The position numbers and the translations under genes are program-made. From NCBI GenBank assembly GCA_034226945.1, contig CP120454.1:1054001-1118000 (forward strand): a stretch of 64,000 nt of DNA, written 5' to 3'. Under the pieces are notes generated by a model. That model had not been told where the DNA came from and made no database searches. It worked only from the letters and a program-made list of their open reading frames with translations. This document shows positions 55,981-64,000 of this stretch, piece by piece; within the stretch, counting starts at the first letter, position 1; each line of letters starts with the position of its first letter. This stretch comes from Picochlorum sp. SENEW3 (taxonomy: Eukaryota).

Positions 55981-58900
55981 TTATTGACTCTGCATTGAAT
56001 CCATAAAATTCTTGATTGCGTTTAAGAAAGCTTCTGGATCTACATCTGCAGGAGGCTTGCCTCCTATTGCTTGTACTCTTTCTTCGAGAATAGGTGACTT
56101 GTTGAGCGATACATCCTGTCCTGATGTTCCGATGCATGTATATGTTGCTTCATCTGAGAAATCAAAGTGGCTATATGCTTCATAAATGTCTTCAATGGTG
56201 ATGGCATCATACATTGCTGTCAAATCTCGCAGACATTCAACAGACTTCAAAGGAACTGATGGTGACTGAATGTGTGTGAGTAATGCAAGCCAGTATCCAT
56301 TGTCCTTGAGGTCTGATTCATGTCGTGTGATCAATGTACGCTTGGCTCTGAGCAAGTCACGGGATGTGAATGGCTGAATGGATCCACTTCTCAGGACACG
56401 CATCGATGCCATCATGGCGTCTTTGATTTTCTGAGGGGTGGATGTCACGTTGACGTAGAACCATCCAGTTGGCAATCGATCAAAGAGGGACAGTTCGAAT
56501 GAGACATCGTATGTCAGGCCTAATGTATCTCTGACGGTCGTGAAGAGGCGCGAATTGATCATCTCTGTCAAGAGTCCGAGAGTAGCACTTGCGTATAATG
56601 GATGCTTTCTTCTCAAGTCTCTCGCACGCTGAATATCTTCGTCAGAGGCTCCTGGGGGCAAGGGAGCAGGTGGTCTTGGAATGTCTACAGGATCCAAATG
56701 CTCCAAGGGCTGTTGCTGCTTTCCAAATTCACCCCATCGGCATGGTGCCAGTCCAGCAATATACGCACAAGCTCTTTCGTCTGAATCTTTCAAGTGCCAC
56801 ACGGAGTGCCTTTCCTCCAGTGGCGGGTCACAGACAAGTGGGGACTGCTCCAGTGCACTGCCAGGACCCTGTGCATTTGATTTGGGCACGACAGTTCCCA
56901 AATACTTCAATGCAGCTTCCTCGAGTTCATTCTCGTCAAAGTCACCCACGATAGATACTTCCAAGTTTCCAGCGTGCAATTGGGCCATGACGTCTTCTTT
57001 CATGGCATCTAATGTTAATGCAGCAATTTCATCAGAGCTAGGGTCCCTGAATCTGCGATCATCTCCAAGCATGGCACTCATGATTCTGTCTGCGGTTGCC
57101 CTCTCAAGAGATTTTGGGAGAGCCCGATAGTGCGAAATATACATTTGTTTTGATCGTTCCATCGCTGCATCTTCCCATCGAGGGGATTCGAGGAAGAGAT
57201 GCAGCAATTGCAATACAGCTGCCATACCACCATCTCCAACAGCAAAGTGGAAATCCATGCAGATAAATTCTTCGTTTGCTTCCAGAATACAGTTGATTAG
57301 TCTTGAAATGCAGAATAATTCTACTTGCGCTCGATCCCAATCGCCAACAGTACCACTCTCACTCAGGGTCCTTGTGCCTACAGCAATAGCACCATGTCCA
57401 TGAGGGCCCACAACACCTCGTTCTTCCAAAGCGCGTCCACCGGCAGCAACAACTCTGACCATTGCCCCCATTGGTTCATTATCAGTCTTGCGATAATTTA
57501 TCACAATGCCATTAGACAATTTGCGTCGAATCACTCCGGTTTCTGGATCAGCTGGTGGCTTTGTGTCAGAGCTGTTTGGATCCACAGGAACAAATGTTGG
57601 GTTTAGCTTGTCCATCAGAGCCATGGCATGGTCGTCTGGCACCAGGAATTCTGGTACATCTACATCCTCAAGAGCCTCAACCTCGAGTCCCTGCTCTGAT
57701 ATAGCTTGGCGAATATCTTCCTCATCTATCTCAAAGCGGACTGCGCCCTCTGGGGGCTCCTCATCATCCCCAGACTCGTCAAGCGCGGCTGCAGCCATAG
57801 CTGGATCTACATGTTGTGTTGTGGCCATACTTGCCCCTCGAGGCATTGGTGCTGCTGCACCAGAGCTATTTCCACTCGCGTCCATGAATGTTGGAATGCA
57901 AGCAACAACAGCTGTGGCGATTGATGGCCCTGGTTCTGCCCACTTACTAGGGTCTGCTTCATATTCTTTCAGCAAGGTCGCTTCATCACCATAATGGCTA
58001 GCGAACGAAAGAATTGATCTACACAGTGCAGAAACCTCGTCAGGGGTAATGGTATCTGCAAGCTCCATCAGATAGGCATGTGCCTGGCGCTGCTCAAGGA
58101 CTGCATGGCCTAATGCCATGCTCTCCATGACGAACTCGAGGTTATCCAAGCTTGGAACAGATTCAGCACCCTCTGCAAGCTGCTCACTATCTCTCAACAG
58201 CGCCGACTTGTAACGCTCCATCTCAGCTGCAGTCACACCATGCTGCTGAAGTCGTCTAACCTCCTGAACTGCCACCTGTACAGCACCTCTCCAGTCCTTG
58301 GGTTCTGATGTGATTGTAAGCGTTGAAACAGCACATCCTTCTCTTCCACTATCGCTATGATCAAGCTCTATTCCGATAAACGGTGGATCGGCAGCTACAT
58401 ACCGGGCATTAATTCTAAACTGCATCACACTCAACATAATTCGGACCATGAAGGCTCTCTTCAAATCATCAAGAGTCTTCATTGGCTGAACAGGGAGCTT
58501 GCAAAATATCGAAAGTTGGAACAACTGCAACAATCGGTGCCTGAACACACTGATTGGCGATTGGAAACCAGACTGAATCATGGGTCCACAGCCCCACTGG
58601 TGATCAACAGGTGGTCGGACCAATCCTCCTGGGGACAAATGTGCCCTCTCCAACAGCAACCCTTTGTTTGTCTCTCGCAAATCAACCTGATGATGTGCCG
58701 CCTCTTCAACAACCTCGGCATTCAATGCGTCGTCAGCAGGTGCCCTCGAGCCTGCTGCTCGTGCAGGAGCTCTGCTGAAATTTTGCTCAATCAACTTTTT
58801 TGTCTCTTCGATATCTACATCCCCAACGACGTACAAAGTAGCATTCTCTGGATAATAATTTCTGCTCCAAAAACTCATGATTTCATCACGCTGCCATTTC

Positions 58901-60014
58901 TCCACCTGATTCATCTTTCCAATTGGGAAGCGGGTACCCAAGGCATTCTCCCAATGCAAGTATTGCAACAACTGGCAGTCGACTCTATACTCTATTGTAT
59001 TCATCATTTGTGCCTCGGCCGTCACTGCCTTTCTCTCTTTTTCAATTCTTGCAGGGAGAAATTCAGGCTCGAACGCAATCTCAGTCAGGGCATCCAACAC
59101 AGCTGGCAACATTGGCCTTCCATTATTTGCATTCGCATGAGGAGCATGCACATGGAACACCGTGTGATGAAAATCGGTATACGCATTCGATCTTGCACCA
59201 GTTCCTAGAAGCCCTTCTCTTTTCTTACTGCCCAAAAAGGTCACATGCTCTACCAAATGCGCAATGCCCTGCTCATTCTCACCCTCATCCACAGACCCAG
59301 CATGCACCTCCAGATGTGCTTCAAATCTATTCGGCGGACTCACGTTTGGCAAAATAACGTATCTCAAACCATTCGACAACTTTCCAATCTCCAAGTTTGG
59401 ATGATTCTCCAGTTCAAGATCTCCTAGATGTGGCCTAGAACCAGGCTCTGCAACCGCCTCGACCACAAAGGGCCACCGCTTCCTCCACCCAAGGCGAGGA
59501 CGACACAGAGCATTTTCAATCTTTGGAAATTGGGTTCTAATTGTATTTATATTGGAACTCTTTGCGAGCATAGCTGGTTTCGATACGCTCAAGCGGCGCT
59601 GCATACCAGGGTAGGACTTCCCTCCCTGACGAGAAAAGACGGTCCCTCGCATGACAACTTTCCTTTGGCCTGGACCGGCCATCTTTCCATGCGCATTACC
59701 AGAGATAATTGCATCATTTTTATTCATTGTCAACATACTTTGGTATGGAACAACCAATACAGAGCCAATAGACTGGCCTTGCAGACTGGAAATTCTCAAA
59801 CAACTCGTATACGAATGTATGCACCCGCTCCCGTGCGTAATACCCCTTGGAAAACCACGTTCTCTTGATAACAATCTGTTTAAAAGACTATCTTCTCAGT
59901 TTGGCCAGGGGACACATCAACGATGAGCAGTCTGTCTTCCACAGAAGGCATCATACAACATCCCATCAAAAAGTACCTTGGATGGGGACATTGGCATGAT
60001 CGACTCAGTTCCAT
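55981..60014 (-). CDS. SPP: Chloroplast stromal processing peptidase, M16 family (exons 60014-59977, 59875-55981)
   Basis: Inverted zinc motif AHLVEHVTFLGS, RSNAYTDFHHTVF, SRLFTTVRDTLGLTYDVSF. Confidence 0.95.
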
Positions 60015-60193
60015 TCCGTAAATAGACAATTCAATACACAATCTTTCTCTCCGCTTCATCAGCCCTGTCGGCCTTGTTATCCTCTATGCTGTCGACATTC
60101 GATGCGTGGTGTATAGATTCTCAGCGGTGGCACATTGCGTCACTTAATGATCAATTTCTTTATATTAGCTTGGATCAGCACTGAATAATCAGA

Positions 60194-62029
60194 ATGAACG
60201 TCACTGTCAAGGTATGTTTGTCAGCCGAGTCCAAGCAATAGAATACCACGAGAGCGCACTGATTGCGCAATGGGCGCTTGATAAAGTTGTATTTTAGTCT
60301 GATCCTTTACCCATATTTCCAATTGGTGGTATACATGACGGTATTCTTTGCTTCCGATCCGCTGTTTTTCATGGAGGTCTTTTGTATGCAGCAGGGGCGT
60401 GTGACCCGCAATGTCATCTCGACAGGGAAATCAAGAAATGTTATGGCATTTCGCCAGAATATTTCGCCATCTCTGCAGGCAGTGTCACAGATCCAGAGAG
60501 GAGGCTCCACTGAGTGGGTGGGTGCAGCACTGAAAAAGGCTACGACAAGGTCCCGTGCGGCCGCCATGTCTGCGGAACAGTTGGCACCAAAAGCTTCAAT
60601 TACCAAAGTCTTAGTGGCAAACAGAGGAGAGATTGCTGTGAGAGTGATCAGGGCATGCAAGGAACTTGGCCTCAAGACTGTTGCTGTGTACTCTACTGCA
60701 GATGAGGACTGCCTCCATGTGCAGCTTGCTGATGAGGCTGTATGCATCGGTGAACCTGCTTCATCTGAATCATACTTGTCCATTCCAACCATTATTGCTG
60801 CCGCAATGAGCCGTGGAGCTGATGCTATCCACCCTGGATATGGATTCCTCTCTGAGAATGCCACCTTTGTAGACATCTGCAATGATCATGGTATTGAGTT
60901 CATTGGTCCAAAATCCGATTCTATTAGGCTCATGGGTGACAAATCAACTGCTCGTGATACAATGAAGAATGCTGGAGTGCCTACTGTACCTGGATCTGAT
61001 GGACTCATTGCTAATCCAGAAGAAGCCATCACAGTTGCCAGAGAAGTCGGATTCCCCATCATGATTAAAGCAACCGCTGGTGGAGGAGGAAGAGGAATGC
61101 GTCTTGCAAACACAGAGGATGAGTTTTTGTCACTTCTCAAGGCTGCCCAGCAGGAGGCTGAGGCTGCATTCGGTAATGGCAATGTGTACTTGGAGAGGTT
61201 TGTGAATAATCCTCGCCATATCGAGTTCCAGGTTCTTGCAGATAAATACGGTAATGTTGTACATCTCGGTGAGCGTGATTGCTCTATTCAGAGGCGCAAC
61301 CAGAAGTTGCTGGAAGAAGCTCCATCTCCAGTGCTGACTCCAGAGGTGAGAAAGGCCATGGGAGATGCTGCCGTGGCAGCTGCCAAATCCATTGGATATA
61401 TCGGAGTGGGAACAATTGAGTTCCTCTGGGAACCACAGGGATTCTATTTCATGGAAATGAATACCCGTATTCAGGTCGAGCATCCAGTGACTGAGATGAT
61501 TACTGGCGTGGATCTTATTCAGGAGCAGATCAAGGTTGCCATGGGAGAAAAACTCAGATTCACTCAGGAGGAGATTGAATTCAAGGGACATGCCATCGAA
61601 TGCCGTCTCAACGCCGAAGACCCATTCAAGAACTTCAGACCAGGACCAGGACGCGTGGTTGGATACCTTCCTCCTGGAGGACCAAACGTACGCATGGACT
61701 CCCATTTGTATCCAGATTATGTCGTCCCACCAAACTACGATTCTCTCCTTGGAAAGTTGATCGTGTGGGGAGAGGACCGCCAGGCAGCAATCACAAGAAT
61801 GAAGAGAGCATTGACAGAAACAGTAATCTCAGGAGTCCCAACAACCATTCTGTATCATCTGTTGATTCTTGACAATGAAGACTTTATTGCTGGGGATGTC
61901 GACACTGGATTTATCCCAAAGCATGCGGATGAGTTGGCAGAACCTCCAGTTCTCCCTCAAAAGAAAAACAAGGTTGTGGAAGCAGCAAAGAGGGCTGCAA
62001 AGAGATCGAAATCAAAAGCTCTTGCCTGA
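60194..62029 (+). CDS. accC: Plastid acetyl-CoA carboxylase, biotin carboxylase subunit (exon 1 60194-60211; exon 2 from 60392 or 60395)
   Basis: KVLVANRGEIAVR, IHPGYGFLSEN, KATAGGGGRGMR, FMEMNTRIQVEHPVTE. Confidence 0.96.
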
Positions 62030-62192
62030 TAATTATTTGCTACATTTTTCACCATCTACATTAGAAATGAAACAACCTTGAAAAGCAATTGCTCTTAGTA
62101 CTCCGGATTCGGAATTGTTTCAGAGAGAAGACATGTTCAATGACATGCCCTGATTGACGCACCCAATCATTAAGTACACGAGCCATCTGCAT

Positions 62193-63274
62193 ATGAGAAT
62201 CGCAGATATATATGAAAAAGGTCGCGTACTAGGTACGGGGACTTTCGGTGAGGTTCTTCTGGCGACGCATAAGCAGACTGGAGAGACTGTTGCGATCAAG
62301 AAGATTCGCATAGATGATAAGAAACAGGTGCGATTTATCACTAATTCTGCGGATCCAACTGGTACTGACACTCGGCGAATGGGCAGGGTATCAACGTCAC
62401 AGCTCTAAGAGAGGTCAAGTATTTGAGAGAACTTCACCATCCAAATATTGTCACACTCAAGGATGTCCTCTCCCTCAAAAGGGGCATTGCCCTTGTGTTT
62501 GAATACATGGACACGGATCTAGAGAATTTGATCAAAGATAGATCTCTTGTTCTCTCTGCCGCGGATATAAAGGCGTACATGCTTGCGATGCTTCGTGCCC
62601 TGAAACACTGCCATGAGAAATGGGTTGTTCATAGGGATATCAAGCCAAATAACTTTCTCATCGGTCGGGATGGCAGTGTCAAACTGACGGATTTCGGTTT
62701 ATCTAGGATTTATGGATCCCCAGAAAGACGATATACGAATCAAGTATTTGCGAGGTGGTATCGACCTCCTGAATTGCTGTATGGGTCAACATGTTATGGG
62801 CCTGGCGTAGATGTCTGGGCATTAGGCTGCGTGTTTGCAGAATTGCTTCTTAGAAAACCATGGTTTGTAGGGGAGTCTGATGTTGAGGTCTTGTCAAAGA
62901 TTTTCAGTGCGCTTGGAACCCCGAAAGATAAGGATTGGGCAGGATTAAAGTGTTTGCCTGGATTTGTGGCCTTTCGAGAGCGGGATGCACCACCCCTGAA
63001 ATCCATATTTCCCGGGGTTGAAAACGAAGCGTTAGAGTTACTGGCAAGGATGGTATGTCTTGATCCACGTCGACGAATCACGGCAGCCGATGCGCTGTCA
63101 CATTCGTACTTCAAGGTCAAACCTGCACCAACAGAGCCAGAAAAGCTCCCCAAACCGCACATCCTTGAGGAACACGTGCAGGAAAGGAAACGCAGTATGG
63201 CCTCCGAGGAAGACTCGGAACCAAGCGCGAAAATGGCAAAACTAGATAAGGATCTTGTAAAATCATTATTCTAA
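62193..63274 (+). CDS. CDKD: CDK-activating kinase CDKD/CDK7 (intron 62328-62386)
   Basis: GTGTFG, spliced GINVTALRE, HRDIKPNN, DFGLSR, TNQVFARWYRPPELL. Confidence 0.93.
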
Positions 63275-63315
63275 CAACACGTCACTATGACTGGGAAACA
63301 TTGTATAATCTACAT

Positions 63316-64000
63316 TTACTCGGATTTTGGCAGAACATCTCCTACTACAGCCTCCTTATTGTCGTCTGCATCAGCAAGCGCCTTCACACCATAGGCCAAC
63401 TTGTTTGGAACCTGCTTGACTGATACAGCAACCTTTGTTGGCAACTGGTTAAGAAGACGAGCAATTGTGGCCATGAGTTCTACCTTGGTTGGCATCTTCT
63501 CAAGGCGCTTGATATCAGCATCAGTGAGCGCTTTTCCAGACATGACTCCTCCAGACATCTTCAAAGCGGTAATACTATCGCGCTCTTCAGCAGGAACCTC
63601 CTCTTCGACCTCCTTCTGGAACTTCAAGTATGCCTTGATGGATTCAGAAATCTCCTCCTCCTGAACAAACAACCATGCATTATCTCCCTTGGCAGCTGGC
63701 TTCAACTCCTCCCATCCCTCGACTTGATCTGCCGCCAACTTGATCAGTGTATTCTTACAAACCAACAGAGTTGCTCCTTCAGCTGGAAGACTGCGCCTGA
63801 ACTGCTGCATCTGCTTCACAGTCAATCCTTGGTAGCGGAGGCCCACAACTACTGTACTCTCTTCTAAAAGTGGGACAAGCTTGCTGACAGTCTCTTCTTT
63901 AGCTTGTCTGTTCAACGCCTGGGCAACAACCTGCACACATATTCGATTGGAATGGTTCAGACACAGACTCTCTCTCTCTGCCCATCAAAACCTGCTGCTG
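63316..64000 (-). CDS. RPL10: Plastid ribosomal protein uL10, 5'-truncated (probable intron 63931-63991)
   Basis: YQGLTVKQMQQFRRSLP, VCKNTL, KMPTKVELMATIARLL. Confidence 0.88.

Noticed and set aside
58357..59208. 283-aa + strand ORF and many similar antisense ORFs
   Set aside because: Shadows of real genes on the opposite strand; no recognisable motifs.
31052..63274. MAT1 and CDK7/CDKD (two CAK subunits) in one window
   Set aside because: They are 30 kb and about 20 unrelated genes apart; most likely chance in a compact genome.

Overview
This is gene-dense eukaryotic nuclear DNA from a compact green-algal genome. Short GT-AG introns (mostly 60-220 nt), tiny intergenic gaps, plastid-targeted proteins and a SepSecS gene fit a trebouxiophyte such as Picochlorum (inference). 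About 37 mostly housekeeping protein genes were reconstructed by hand across introns. They include RtcB, ABCC, ORC5, RRP1, PRP6, TPST-like, MAT1, PAT1, CWC21, SNF7, BUD23, RPA2, SepSecS, SEC20, m-AAA FtsH, RPL23, OXA1, SPP, biotin carboxylase and CDK7. Main observations: (1) an apparently single-hairpin H/ACA snoRNA in an RRP1 intron, whose pocket matches a conserved 18S rRNA site; (2) a bacterial-type secreted-protein gene broken by two frameshifts, each repairable by one dinucleotide-repeat unit; (3) tandem amino-acid permeases with identical first exon and near-identical promoter but unrelated introns; (4) a tandem pair of divergent N-BAR-like genes; (5) a soluble TPST-like protein with a WW-like insert and a PTEL tail; (6) a small Cys-rich, GPI-like protein only partly seen by the ORF track; (7) chains of overlapping palindromes in intergenic DNA. 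No CRISPR array, tRNA, rRNA or transposase was recognised. All family assignments come from motif recognition, not database searches.
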